Shown: positions 37,218 to 49,034 of the stretch, piece by piece
How positions within the stretch are numbered: position 1 is the first letter of the stretch
Layout of the letters: the number at the start of each line of letters is the position of its first letter
From: Thelocarpon superellum
Lineage: Eukaryota
NCBI GenBank assembly: GCA_026025795.1
Contig: JAPEUG010000027.1
Span: 1-64,000 of the forward strand
Reading direction: 5' to 3'
DNA length: 64,000 nt
Notes under the pieces: generated by a model
Database searches by the model: none
Told to the model about the DNA's origin: nothing
The model's input: the letters and a program-made list of their open reading frames with translations, nothing else
Translations under genes and position numbers: made by a program

Positions 37218-37736
37218 GATGGCGGTGTTCGTTCACGAGCGACAGCGGGGCGAGACGGGTCATGGCACCATGGTCACCCTGTTGGACCAACGACGCGAGG
37301 GTCGCCCAGCTACCGCATCGGCAGCGCCGCAGGGGACAAGATACGATCAGGTCGACTGGCCGCGGCAGCGTGGCCGATGGAGCGAGTCGACCCGGGTTCG
37401 CTATCGCGGTGAATCCCAATGAGATGCGACGGCGGGCATGGAGGGGCCGGATCGCACCGCTCATCCATGGATGGGTGTATCCCGGCAAGACCACAGCTAC
37501 GCAGGAAGGCCAAGAACCTACAGCGAGAAGAGGGATGTGCGGTTACTTCAAGCCCGGTCGGTCGGGTTGCTTCACTCCCAATGCTGGGTGGCAGGCGGTC
37601 CAGGGAACACGTCGTCGTCGTTGTTGCTCTTGGTCCATCTAGGCCAAGTGTCAGACGCGCCACGGGGACCTCGCGACGACCGTCCTGCTTCTCTAGGGCT
37701 CGACGCCTGGTATCTCGTCCTACGCATCTACCCAGA

Positions 37737-39784
37737 TCATCGTCCAAATCCAAACCAGCCTTTCTTCGCCGTAGGCCCTGATTGTTCCGGCGCATCACGG
37801 CCATTGGCCTCTTTCAGGCCCCTGGCCGGGTTGCTGGTGGAGAGTGGGGCATGATCGACGTAATTCCAGGCCACATCCAGGAATAAGGGTTTGACGGGGA
37901 CGGGCTCCAGGGAGGGAGGATAGGTGACGAGGTTGAGGAGGTCGGCGCCGTGGGTCGGAAAACGGCTGAGGTCGTCGATGAGCGGAGCGGCGACGGGTGC
38001 TGTCCCATTCCCCGCCGCCGAGGGAGTGGCCGAGAGCGCATCGAGCTCCACGAGCCCATGATAACGCCAGGTTTCGCCTTGGATGAGCTCTTGCAGCGCC
38101 CGCACTTCCGTGGCCCGTACGTTGAGCCGGGGGGGTTCCCCGCCGGCACGGACCGAGGAGGACGCCGCGTGCGGTGTGCGTCGGAGCAGGTCGGAGGCAT
38201 GGGTACAGAGCGCGAGCGCGTTTGGCCGACGCAACAGTAATGCATGGGCCCGAGCGATCGAGAGACATCTGGCAAAGTGATCAGACCACTGCTGGAATGG
38301 GGGCGAAGGTTGGCCACGCATACTTGAGTGCCTCAAAGTAGGCCCGTTGCACCTGGAGCTCCTTAACCAAATCGCCGTCTGCCGCAACCCCTGCCAGGTC
38401 GCCAACGGCATCGATGCTCTGTGTGGCGGCGGTCAGTCGTGACCACATCACCCGTCTCACCACCAATAGAGTTACCTGGAGTGTGGCCCCATAGAGCACC
38501 ACGCGCTCTGAGAGCCGGGCCAGCTTCCTCGCGAGCCCTTCTTCTTTCGGCAGAATTGGCGTGCCATCCGTCGTCTGGCGCGGCTTCGTCGTCCGTCGTC
38601 CATCTGGCGCGAGGCCATCCCGTTCGCCGGTGAGAACGCGGTTCCGGCCGACGCGCCAACTAAGCAATTCGTAGCTGACGGCCGTACGCGTGATCTGCAG
38701 CGCTTGCATGCGTGGGTCACTTGGTGAGACGCCCTCGGCGGCCATCTCGTCCAAGGCACGCTTCGTGGCGTCGACGGCATCTTGACTGGCGGTCAAGACC
38801 TCGTCGTACGCTGTTGCTCTCGGACCCGGGGGAAGGTCTTGGCCAGCGGTCGGTAACAAGACCCGGGACAGCTCGGCCGAGGCCGTGGCGACTGACGCCA
38901 GCGCGAGTGCGATGGCCGCGTCTTCCAGGTTGACGGTGCGTGATCGCCAGGTGATGGTCTTGGGCACCTGATCAGAGGGGCTTGAGGTCTCCTTGGTCGC
39001 CGTGGTCGTCGTTGCCCCTAAGGCCTCAGGATCTATCCGTTCGATGGTGGCCACCAAGTCGGGATCGTCTCGGGGAAAGCATCGCTGGGCAATGACGGGC
39101 ACCGCCAGGGTGCGTGGCATCCGACACTGGTAGGCAGCGTACCGGATGCTGGGATCGACCGTGTTGGCCAGGACCTCCTTGAAGACATCGGTCGTGGCAG
39201 AGGCTGATACTGCCGCGTAGATGACCCGGACCACCGCGTACGAGGTGAGACATTCTCTCCATCGTTTCCGCTCAAACTCGGCCATGCCGTCGAGCGACAG
39301 CGCATACGCCTCGCCTTCGAGGACGTCCAGCTCTCGTGCACCGCTCTGGGCACGGTCCTGGAGCAGGGTCACCAGCATTCGGGCGGAGCGGGAGGCTTTG
39401 TGGAGACGAGAGATGATATGTCGGCGGGTAGGACCAGCGGTGCCCGGGGCGGAGGTGTCATCGGAGCGGGTGGATTTCATATGCATGGCATGGGCCCACG
39501 CTCGCTCGGCGGTAAGGAGCAGGATCTGGGCGAACCTGCGAGCCGGTTAGTCTCAGCCATGTACCAGACGACGTGCCTCCCATGTATGCCTACTCCACGT
39601 TGCTCGCCACGTCTGCGGCGGTGATGGGGGCGCCCCCCACATATTTCCTGCCCTTGGACGAGGTTCGGTTGAGCTTTCGGCGAAGTGTGTGCAGACGTCG
39701 TGAGGTTTGTGCGCGATACGAACTGTAGTCCCCGAGCAAGAGCGCCTGCTCCCTCCGGGAGATGATGAAATTGGTAATGTCCAT
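37737..39784 (-). CDS. SRP68: Signal recognition particle subunit Srp68
   Basis: MDITNFIISRREQALLLGDYSSYR, LLTAERAWAHAMHMK, VDPSIRYAAYQ, PVPVKPLFLDVAWNYV, C-terminal KKGWFGFGR. Confidence 0.93.
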
Positions 39785-40272
39785 GGCCTGTGGTACCTGC
39801 GTGGCGGCATGCACCACGGGGACAGCAATAGGCCGGAGCTCAATGGCCCGCGGTGGGGCAACGGTGTGATCCCTTACGTTATTTCCGTCATATTCCCATC
39901 GTCCCACGTTCATCGAGTGGAGCATGACATAATCAGTCGTGCGAGGCGAGGTGTGAGGCGACCATCTCCTTCATTACGTAATCTACTGTTGACGATGTTG
40001 CCCAGCTTTTGGACCATCGGCCCCGGGCCCCCGCACAATGATCCCTTCTCAAGGCAGCAGCGTGGCCGCAGGAGCCGCATGCCAGGGTTGAACCAGTCGA
40101 GAGAGTGTCGTAATATATGAAGATATTGCAGCTCTCGAATCACGATCAGCCCCTGTCACTGGCACCCGCCTGTCTCGGATCGCTCTCATTGACGGGTCTT
40201 CTTCGACGATACAAATCCGGCCTTCGTTCTGCAGGAACCAGTTGACTTCTCCCCGCTAAAGGGGGCTGGGGC

Positions 40273-43200
40273 ATGCTGGAGCGTGCGGCGGCATGCCTTG
40301 AATCTGGCGCCGCCCGCCGCCTGCTGCGACATCGCCGGGGCTCGCCGAAGAGCCGACGCATGCTGCACTCGGCCTTTTGGCTCCATGGCGCCGGTGAGCT
40401 CGATCTCCCGTCCTGGTGGAGGGCCGCACTCGATTCCACTTCGGGCACCGAGCCCGAGCCAGCCCAACACACCACACGCTCACGATCAGAGGCTCACGAC
40501 CGACCCGACGCACCACACGCCGTCTTTCAGGGCGTGCTGCTGGACTTCCTCTGCCCGGGCCCAACGCTCGCATGGTTCCAACAGCTGTCGCGGTCCGGCC
40601 AGGAGGCCTGGTACTCCAGGTGGTCTCAGCGGTACTCATCCCGTCGCGGGAAGCGCTCATACTCTTCGGACACCACCATCGTACGCAATCAAGCCATCGC
40701 GGATGAGATCTCGTCAAGGCAAGAGACGGCCGAAGCGATTGCCGCTGCCCATACGTCCCCTCTGCCGTCGTCCACGGAGCCAGGCTTCGATACGTCCTCG
40801 CCCCTGCTCACACTGCTCCAATCGGCGGACCGAGAGAGTTTTGACACGGCGTGGCGACTGTACCACAGCAGCGGCTCCAAGTTCCCTGGTCTCGTGCTCG
40901 AATACCTTGCGACCTCCACCCGACCGATCGATGCGGAACGAGTCCTACAGCTCTTCGACCTCATCCCGGCCGCACAACGTCGGGCATTGGATTATCGGCA
41001 TGCCATCAACGCCAGGGTGTCCTTGAGCGCACGCGCAGGGGCCATCAAGCTGCACCAGGAGGCCGCTGCGCAGGGTCATACGGATCCGTACGGCTCGGAC
41101 ATCGTGCTCGCTGATGCTGTGGAGCATGAAGATTGGAAGACGGCGATGGACGCGTGGCGGGCGGGTGGGGAAGGACATGAAGATGAGGATGATCTATCGC
41201 CCCTCTGGGAGAGAACGAAGCAGTCATCGCGCCTGGTTGAGAAGGTTTTCGCCCTGGTCGAATATGCCAAACAAGCTTCAACCGATTCGGACGCTCAATC
41301 CTCGTCTCCGGCATCGCCACAGCTCCTCGACTTCACCGCGGCGGCCATTCGTCAGGCTCTCCTCCGTTTGCGTGCCACGGAAGCAGAGAGGGTGCCAGAG
41401 CTGTTAGGGCGACTGAGGGAACTCCGTCGAGATCAGGCACGTGATTACAACAGCACGATATTTGATCTCAAGACACGTGAGCAGCTCCGCCCCGCCGTGG
41501 AGGTGTACAAAGCCCTTCGTCACCACCAGAGCCTGCGTCCCAACTCATCGGTCATGAGATGCATGCTGAGTATCTTCTGTGCGCTGGACGACCTGAGCGG
41601 GATCCAGATGGTCATGGACGACATGAGCAAATATCAGCGGTCCGGGCCTTCGCCCTGGGCCTACACGCGAGCGATGTACCACTTTTCCGGGCGTGGAGAT
41701 GTGCGGACGGTGCAGCGATTACTGAAGCAGCTGCTGGCTCGTCATCCGGACGTGCAGAACTACCATCTTCACCCGCTCTTGCACGTCTATGCGCGACGCG
41801 GGGATCTCGCGAAGACGGCGGACTTGTTCCACCGCCTCGGCTCAAGCTATGGCCTGGACCCCGACCTGATCTCGTGGAACATTTTGCTCAGCGCCTATGG
41901 CAAGGCCAATGACGTCGAAGGCGCGTCTCGCTGCTTCGACGACTTGGTCCAGACGAGCCTGCGGCCGGATGCGTATACGTACGGCACGATGATTGGCATC
42001 TACGCGAATCGAGGCGATGTTGACCGGGTGGAGAGTCTCCTGCAGCAGGTGGAACGAGATGGCGTACGGGCAAACGCGACCATGTACGATGGTCTTGTGC
42101 TGGCCCACGTCAACGACGAGGATGTGGACGCGGCGGAAGAGGTGGCTGAGCGAGCGCTCTCCATGGGCTTGCCCGGGTCCCTCACGCGCATGTGGAATCA
42201 TCTTCTCCGAGCTCGAGCGTTCCGGCGGGACGTCGGGGCCGTGAGCCGGGTGTATGGGCGGATGCAGAGGGCCGGGGTCCCGTTCGACGGCGACACGTAC
42301 GCGGCGCTGATGCAGGCGCTGGTCATGGTGGGGCAGACGCACGCGGCGCACAAAATCCTCCACCACGTCATGCCGCGCGAGGGCGTCCGGGTGAAGGCGT
42401 TCCATTACGCCATCGTGATGGGCGGCTACCTGTCGACAGGGGAAATCGACCGCGTCTTGGCCGTGTTCAATCGGATGGTCGAACGAGGGATCGAGCCCGT
42501 CTTCAGCACCAACGCCATCCTGATCAAGGCGGGGGTGAAGGCCGATCTCAAGACGCTCGGCGCGCGAGGAAGCGAGGAGCGCGGAGCCGTGCTCAGCCGG
42601 GCCGAGGAGATCCTGGAGCAAGTGCTCGAGCGGACCGACGCGCAGGAGATCGCCGGACGCGGGCCGCTCAAGGGCATCGGCCGGCAGTCGATCCGCGACG
42701 CGTATCCAGGGGCGTACTTTGAATTCCTCATCTTCGTCTACGGGCAACAGAAGGCGTTCGACAAGGTCCAGGCGCTGTACGACCGCTACCTCCAGTCGAC
42801 CGAGGCTCGGCCACGGGGCGGGCGGGCGCCGATCCCGCCGGCGAAGCTCCTCAGCGCCCTGATGGTGACGGCGTATCGCCGCGGCGACGCGGACGAGGTG
42901 GCCCGGTGCTGGCAGCTAGCGGTGGAGCAGGCCGCGAAGCAAGCGCGACGATGGACATCCGCCGACCCGGCGCGGCGCAACTGGGTGCTCCCCGCCAGCC
43001 GGTTCCTGCTCAACATCCCACTGTCCTACTACCTGAAGAGTCTCGCGCAACAAGAGCGGGTGGAGGAGATGCGGACGACGGTGCAGCAGATGCAAGACGA
43101 CGGGTACGCGCTGGACAAGAAGAACTGGAACCTGTACATCCAGCTGCTCGCACAGCACGGACGGGCCGTGGAGGCCTTTGAGCTGTGCGAGGCGAAGCTG

Positions 43201-43509
43201 ATGAAAGGATGGAAAGGGTGGAACTACCAGCGCCAGCGCATGGGGCTGAGCAAGACGCGCAACAGGCCGAGCAACGTCAAGGATCTGCGGCCCAACTACC
43301 ACACGCTGGTGTATCTGGCGCGCGCGGCGGTCGACATGCGCCGCGCCGCCGCCGCACGCGACGTGGACGTGCACGTGCACGGGCCAGAGGGGGCCGAGAA
43401 GCGCCCGAGCCCGTGGGACCGCGTGTCGGCGTCGTGTCCGCAGGCCATGGAGGCCGTGCAGAATATGCCCAACGAGGAGGACGACGTACAGGTGTCTATT
43501 CTACGATGA
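40273..43509 (+). CDS. cya-5: Mitochondrial pentatricopeptide-repeat protein, COX1 translation factor CYA-5/Pet309-like
   Basis: 1078-aa ORF; MLERAAACLESG..MLHSAFWLHGA N-terminus typical of this family; multiple PPR repeats (SWNILLSAY, TYGTMIGIYA, TYAALMQAL, HYAIVMGGY). Confidence 0.85.
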   Translation: MLERAAACLESGAARRLLRHRRGSPKSRRMLHSAFWLHGAGELDLPSWWRAALDSTSGTEPEPAQHTTRSRSEAHDRPDAPHAVFQGVLLDFLCPGPTLAWFQQLSRSGQEAWYSRWSQRYSSRRGKRSYSSDTTIVRNQAIADEISSRQETAEAIAAAHTSPLPSSTEPGFDTSSPLLTLLQSADRESFDTAWRLYHSSGSKFPGLVLEYLATSTRPIDAERVLQLFDLIPAAQRRALDYRHAINARVSLSARAGAIKLHQEAAAQGHTDPYGSDIVLADAVEHEDWKTAMDAWRAGGEGHEDEDDLSPLWERTKQSSRLVEKVFALVEYAKQASTDSDAQSSSPASPQLLDFTAAAIRQALLRLRATEAERVPELLGRLRELRRDQARDYNSTIFDLKTREQLRPAVEVYKALRHHQSLRPNSSVMRCMLSIFCALDDLSGIQMVMDDMSKYQRSGPSPWAYTRAMYHFSGRGDVRTVQRLLKQLLARHPDVQNYHLHPLLHVYARRGDLAKTADLFHRLGSSYGLDPDLISWNILLSAYGKANDVEGASRCFDDLVQTSLRPDAYTYGTMIGIYANRGDVDRVESLLQQVERDGVRANATMYDGLVLAHVNDEDVDAAEEVAERALSMGLPGSLTRMWNHLLRARAFRRDVGAVSRVYGRMQRAGVPFDGDTYAALMQALVMVGQTHAAHKILHHVMPREGVRVKAFHYAIVMGGYLSTGEIDRVLAVFNRMVERGIEPVFSTNAILIKAGVKADLKTLGARGSEERGAVLSRAEEILEQVLERTDAQEIAGRGPLKGIGRQSIRDAYPGAYFEFLIFVYGQQKAFDKVQALYDRYLQSTEARPRGGRAPIPPAKLLSALMVTAYRRGDADEVARCWQLAVEQAAKQARRWTSADPARRNWVLPASRFLLNIPLSYYLKSLAQQERVEEMRTTVQQMQDDGYALDKKNWNLYIQLLAQHGRAVEAFELCEAKLMKGWKGWNYQRQRMGLSKTRNRPSNVKDLRPNYHTLVYLARAAVDMRRAAAARDVDVHVHGPEGAEKRPSPWDRVSASCPQAMEAVQNMPNEEDDVQVSILR

Positions 43510-43882
43510 TGGGGCAAGGCGAGGGGGGCAGTTTCGACCGCCATTGATGTCTAGCTTGGTTCCTTCGACGAGTTCGTTGACCACAAGATTCGTAGATACC
43601 GTGCCTGTTTTCTATCTGCAGCCATGCAGATCACGGCTGGCGTCTGATTACATGGACTCGCCCGTCCCAGTTGGCCGTTTTCTATTTCCATTCCATCCTT
43701 GACCGTGACAACTCCCCTTCATCCCTCCCGCGCCACCCCCGTTCCACCCCGACTCTGCTACACCCCGACCTCGCCCTGCAAATTCGCCACGAGCGGTTCA
43801 TCAACCGACCCGGTCCCGGAACCATAGGGCGGCAGCCCCACGGCACCACCACGACCGCGTCCATCCTGCTCCGTGCGGTCGC

Positions 43883-44899
43883 TCAGCACCCCGTCCGAAT
43901 CTCAGAAGACCGCGCATCGGTGCTCGCCTGGGCCAACAACGCAGCAGACCCACTCCCCTTCTCTCTCATTCTCCCATTGCCCGTGCCATTCGCGTTCGCG
44001 AGCACCATGAGCTGATTCAGCACGACGAATTCCATCTTCAGCTTGATGGAATACAGCATGGCTTTCAGCGCGGCCTGGATCTCGTCGTCGCCCTGCGTGT
44101 ACTGCACGGCGAAGACGGCGAGGTTCATGATCACCATGATCACGTTGATGCTCACGAGGTTCAGGAGCACCTTGCGCTCGCTGGGCCCGTCGTCGTATTT
44201 CGACTTGGGCGGTTTCCGATTCGAGGCCGACCCCGACCCCGACATGCCGTTGGAGCTCTTGGGCGAGGCAAGCTGCATGGGGGAGGGTGCGGTGTGCCCG
44301 CGCGATACCGACCGGAGCAGGTTGAGCGCCGCCCAGACGTACACGCCCGAGAGGAGGCATTCCTGGAGGAAGAAGACGGCCGTCTGCAGGTCGTCGGCGA
44401 TGCTGAAGCGGCGGAGCCAGGCGCCGGAGGTGCCGGGCGAGTTGGCGCCGTACTCCGTGACGGCGCGCGGGATGAGGAAGAGCACGGGCGTGGCGAGGAT
44501 GAGGGCGAGGATCAGGCGCAGCACGCGTGGGTCGTGCACGACGAGGTGGAGGCGCGAGTACAGCACGACGGACTGAAAGGTCACCATGGCCGCGTAGCCA
44601 AAGACGGTGAAGGTTGTGTAGATGCCCCAGCTGACGTTGGGCACGAAGAAGAGCAGGACCAGCCCCAGCTCGTACACCGCGATGCCCCATGTGGCGACCA
44701 CCAGCGCCCAGAAGTAGAGCCCGCGACGACGGCCGAAGGTAAGGTACATTCGCAGGCTCAGCTCGAGCACATTGTACCATGCCACGGCGCCAAAGGCCGA
44801 GATGACGGTGAAGACGAGCGCGTTGAAGGTGAGGAGCCGCGACCCCGCCCCATACTCGCTCCGGCCCATCGTGTTGGCGGTGGGCGCGATGGGGATCAT
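43883..44899 (-). CDS. Integral membrane protein (~7 TM, fungal DUF7703-like); start codon uncertain
   Basis: AWYNVLEL..TFGRRRGLYFWALVVATWG, MVTFQSVVLYSRLHLVV, FFLQECLLSGVYVW, YSIKLKMEFVVLNQL. Confidence 0.8.
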   Translation of the reverse strand: MIPIAPTANTMGRSEYGAGSRLLTFNALVFTVISAFGAVAWYNVLELSLRMYLTFGRRRGLYFWALVVATWGIAVYELGLVLLFFVPNVSWGIYTTFTVFGYAAMVTFQSVVLYSRLHLVVHDPRVLRLILALILATPVLFLIPRAVTEYGANSPGTSGAWLRRFSIADDLQTAVFFLQECLLSGVYVWAALNLLRSVSRGHTAPSPMQLASPKSSNGMSGSGSASNRKPPKSKYDDGPSERKVLLNLVSINVIMVIMNLAVFAVQYTQGDDEIQAALKAMLYSIKLKMEFVVLNQLMVLANANGTGNGRMREKGSGSAALLAQASTDARSSEIRTGC

Positions 44900-44951
44900 G
44901 CTATGCTGGCGAGGATGGACGTGGACGTCGATCAATACACCGTCTCGCGTT

Positions 44952-45008
44952 CCATGGGCATGGGCATGGGCGCGGGCGTGGGCGTGGGCATGGGCGTAGG
45001 CGTGGACG
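44952..45008. repeat. Hexamer repeat (CRTGGG)n just upstream of the membrane-protein gene
   Basis: catggg catggg catggg cgcggg cgtggg cgtggg catggg cgtagg cgtgga read directly. Confidence 0.8.
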
Positions 45009-45814
45009 ACTCAATGAGGGATCATCGGAGACAACTTGCCCATCGTGAGAACCCCAAGGCAGCAGGGCACGGAAAGCGCAGCGACCGAGATGGATAAGTG
45101 CGGGACCATGTCGATACCGTCCGGCAGCACGACACCCTCAACCTCCGCAGTGACCTCATATCTTCGTTCGTAGCGGGAGGCGGCAAGGGCTTGGGGTAGA
45201 CGGCCCCGACATGGAGTTCCCAAGACCCCGGTGCAGACGACCATGCCAATCATGCCAACCATGCCAATCAAGCCGCCTTGGGCTCTCCCCCCCTGCTCCG
45301 AGAGCGCGGCATCGTCCAATGATGGCTCGGTGAGACTACGCGCACGGGTTCTGCCTACTCATTTGTCGGGGCGACGGTGATCAGACCACCGCCCGTCGTG
45401 TTCCTGGCCCTGCAACGGCGTCGCGAGCCAGCCCGACGTTGCGGCCCGGACCCCACCATGAAAAGGATCAGGACGGGTACGACCAACAGACAGGGTGCAA
45501 GGGCACGGTCAATGACGTGAGTCGACCCGAGAGACCGACGCGGGGGTAATCGTAAGCACAAGAGACGGCTCGGACTCCCAAAGCAAGGACACGGACCACC
45601 GTGCCGTGTGTGAGGAAAGCTCCGCCGACGAACGCGCTGGTAGCCAGCGCTTCGTCAAGCACCATGCTGCATTAGCGGACGCTAGATGCTGGGTGCTGCA
45701 CCGCGAGCCGTGGCACGCTTCTAGCGGAGCATGGGCCAATCGCCCAGCATGATGTCAGTGGAATAGGATGCCACAGCCACGGCCCAGGACCAGCACGACC
45801 GTGAATCCTACCAG

Positions 45815-45905
45815 TGTAGGAATCAGAGCTGAATTGCTAATCTACGCGTAGTCTGGGATAGTGGTAAGAGTGGGCACGTTACCGGATCACGTGCGCTCTC
45901 CTACA
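45815..45905 (-). mobile_element. Solo LTR (91 bp) of the gypsy family at 57,461, with 4-bp TSD CCAG
   Basis: Termini TGTAGGA...TCCTACA; flanked by CCAG (45811-45814 and 45906-45909); the reverse complement shares TAGATTAGCAATTCAGCTCTGATTCCTACA exactly with the end of the LTR at 57461-57550. Confidence 0.93.
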
Positions 45906-46342
45906 CCAGTGGTAGTGGGGCGGACCGGCCTTATCTTTCGCGGCGGACCTAGATTACCACCGTGTCTCGATACATCGCTCTCCTGATGTACTTCGTACTT
46001 CGTACCGTCCTGGTGGTGTCCATCGCGTGGATAGAGACTCGTGCACCCTCGCGCACGACCCACGGATACAATCATCGCGTGGAGAGCGTGGTGAGTATTT
46101 GACTGGTAGGAGAGAGTAGAGGCTAGTCAACACAATCCATCCTCTCCCTGGCTATGCATCCTCTTCCAACCCTTCCCATTCCTTCCATCGACCAATCTGA
46201 ACTCCCGTCACCCCATCTATGTCTGCCCATCTCTTCCCTCTTAGCCTGCAACCAGTCTCGTACCCACTTCACGGTATGTACAGATGCTTTACCGGGAATT
46301 TCCCCGAGCGGGAATGCCCTCGCCAGAGTTCCTCTCTAACGA

Positions 46343-49034
46343 TCATTGGGCGGACCCGTCCATGTCAAGGTCGGGATCCGCATCGAGTCCGTGACTCGGA
46401 CCTTGGCCAGGAGTGGCTCGTGGACCCAGCCCATCGAGCCCTCGTAGCCGTCTGGCCAGGAGACCCTCGCCGTCCTTGTCCGCCCCCACCCCCCCTTCGA
46501 TCCCTCCGGTCGACGCGTGGGCCAGCATGGAAAAGGCCTTCCCTCCATATCCGACATCACCTCGATTGAGCTTGCTGTAGATCGTGCCACCACCCCCATC
46601 GCCGAGGGCGGGAGCGGGAAGGGGGGCAACGCCGTGCCACGAGGTGGCAACAGGTGGCAATGGCGGCGGCGGAGATCCGCGCGCTGAGAGACGGTAGAGG
46701 GTGGGATTGGCGGGTGGGCGGATGGCCAAGGTCCCGGTGCTGGACAGGGGCACGGCCAGGGCGGAGGAGGAGGGGGAGCCGGGAGGGGGCGTACGGCCAA
46801 AGGCGAACAGGGGCTGGTCCCCTACCGGGAAGACGGATTCATATCCTCCACCGCCAATACCGTCGACCGCATCATATCGGGAGGCCTGCCACCCATGACC
46901 TGAGCTTCGTCGCCGTGCCTGCGTCGGGTCGGTCGCCGCGCCAGGCGCGGCGTGTGGATCGCGTGTCGCTTTGTACGTCGTGTACCGCGGTTCAGGCAGT
47001 TGAATCTCGTTCCGTAGTTGCTCCTTGCCATCCGGCACGCGGTTGGCAAACACCACCCGAATGCTCTTGTAGAGGAAGAACCGGCCGCGGGCAGGACAGC
47101 AGATGTGAAGGTGGATCAGATATCGAAGGGTCGGTCGATCTTGGGACTCCTTCACTCCCGGCACGCTCGAGCTCCGCTCCGTGCTCGATCCCGTTCGCGC
47201 CCCGAGTGGAGGGTGGATGACGGGACCGGCGGAGTAGCTTCGTTGACGGATGAACGTCTTGGTCCCCGCCTCCATGCCTTGCAGATCGTACGGCACGAGG
47301 AAGAGCTTCACGGCCGTCTTGTTGGGGTTCTTGATGACGATCTGCAGCTGTCCTTTCTGCGGGATGCGATAGCTTCCCCCTGCCGGGGCCTTGGGCGATC
47401 CCGACCGCCGCTTCCGCTTCTCTCGCTTGCGAAGCTCGTACTCTGACCGGTGGTCGCGAGCGGGCGTGGGAGCGTCTCCCACGACCGGGTCCGCCTCCGG
47501 GTATTCCCCGGTCGACATCCGCCACCGCCGACGCTCCTCCCGCGTCTCCGTCGGCATCTGCAACGAGTGCTCCAGATCGATCAACCCGACATATGGGCTC
47601 GGCCCGTCCTCCAGCCCCGACGCCCGGCCCACGTTGACCTTGCCGTAGCTGTAGAAGACGGCCGGGAAGGGGACGGAGACGTGTGCGGGACAGCGGAGCT
47701 GGGGCTTGCAGTCGCCGAGTCCCAGCACTCCGATCTGCGCCAGGAAGTTCAAGGGTTTCGAGGGCACGGTCGACATGCGACCACGGAGGATTGACTCTTC
47801 GTACGATCCCACCATGGGCGCGTGCTGCAGGGGGGAGACGTCCGAGGAAAGGGACGGCCGTCGTGAGCGATGCGGCATTGGGGTCTGTGGGACATGGTCG
47901 TGTGGGTCGTGCATGGTCGAGGAAAGCGATCGTCGCGGCTGGTGTGCCTGGAGAGGGGAGCTGTGTTCCCGTCGGATTGCCAGCGTCGGTCGTCGTCCGG
48001 CGTCGGTTTGATCGGACGACTCGAGTCCGATGAAGGCTTGAGACGGAAGAGTGTGCCGCCGCGAACTCTTGCTCGGGCTACCCGACACGTCCATGGCTGT
48101 CGTGCTCGGAAGGTCCACGTCATTATTGTTCGACGATTGGACGAGAGGGCTGGTGGGAGTCCGATAGACGAAGCTGGACGCATACGATGATCGCGACGGG
48201 GCTCGCGACCGGGCAAAGGTCCCGGACGGGCGTGGTGCAGGCGTGGCAAAAGGGTGCGCTGGCTGGAAGGGAAAGGTGGAGGGTGTTCGGTCGCTATACC
48301 ACGGAGTGCCGGGCGAGGCCGCATATGGTTCATCTGACGCCAGTTGCGACCGGTCGAATGGTGGTAGTTCCAGTGGCGAATGGTCTGGCGGATCACCATG
48401 AGACTCGTGAGTAAAGTCCCCGGCATGAAGGGCCGATCGCGGTCGTTCAATCTCAGCGCCCAAGGTGGCCGATTCCTCCTTGCCCGGCGAGGACAATGGA
48501 ACACTTGTCTCAATCTCCGCCGCCGGCAGCAGCGGGGAGCCGCAATGGGGCTGTGGAGTTCTCCGGACAAAGGGATCATCATTCTTCTGATAGTATTCAT
48601 CCAGCTGTTCACGCTATCCGTCAGTGAATGGTTCTCCGCATCGGGCGTCTCCAACGACAGGTCGAGCGTGGTCTACGATGCATCACACGCCCTTCTTGAG
48701 CCACCACAAGATCGAGATGGCGAATCGAGGCTCAACTCACCGTTCGATTCGGCACCCACGTCGGACTCTCCCCTCGTTTGATGCGCTCAATGAGCTCGGT
48801 GCGATTGGACACGGGCACACTGGTGTCGGGCAGAGAGGTCAGGGTGGCGGGTTTAGGCAATGGGCGCTCATGGTCGGAATCCGGGTCTAGTCGATCAGCG
48901 GCCTCCCCGCCGATGCTCTCGTCCGACGGCTTCCGCATGGCGGAGCTCCGGTCGACCCCAGGCGGTTGCCGAGGTTGATCTGGGGAGCTGTCGTCGGGGT
49001 CGGGATTGGATGTAGGCTCATGGAAGATAGGCAT
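46343..49034 (-). CDS. Atos/FAM214/SPAC3H8.04-like protein (DUF4210 + chromosome-segregation domain)
   Basis: RTELIERIKRGESPTW exon; MVGSYEESILRGRMST; LQIVIKNPNKTAVKLFLVPYDL; TKTFIRQRSY; LRYLIHLHICC; LYKSIRVVF. Confidence 0.9.
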
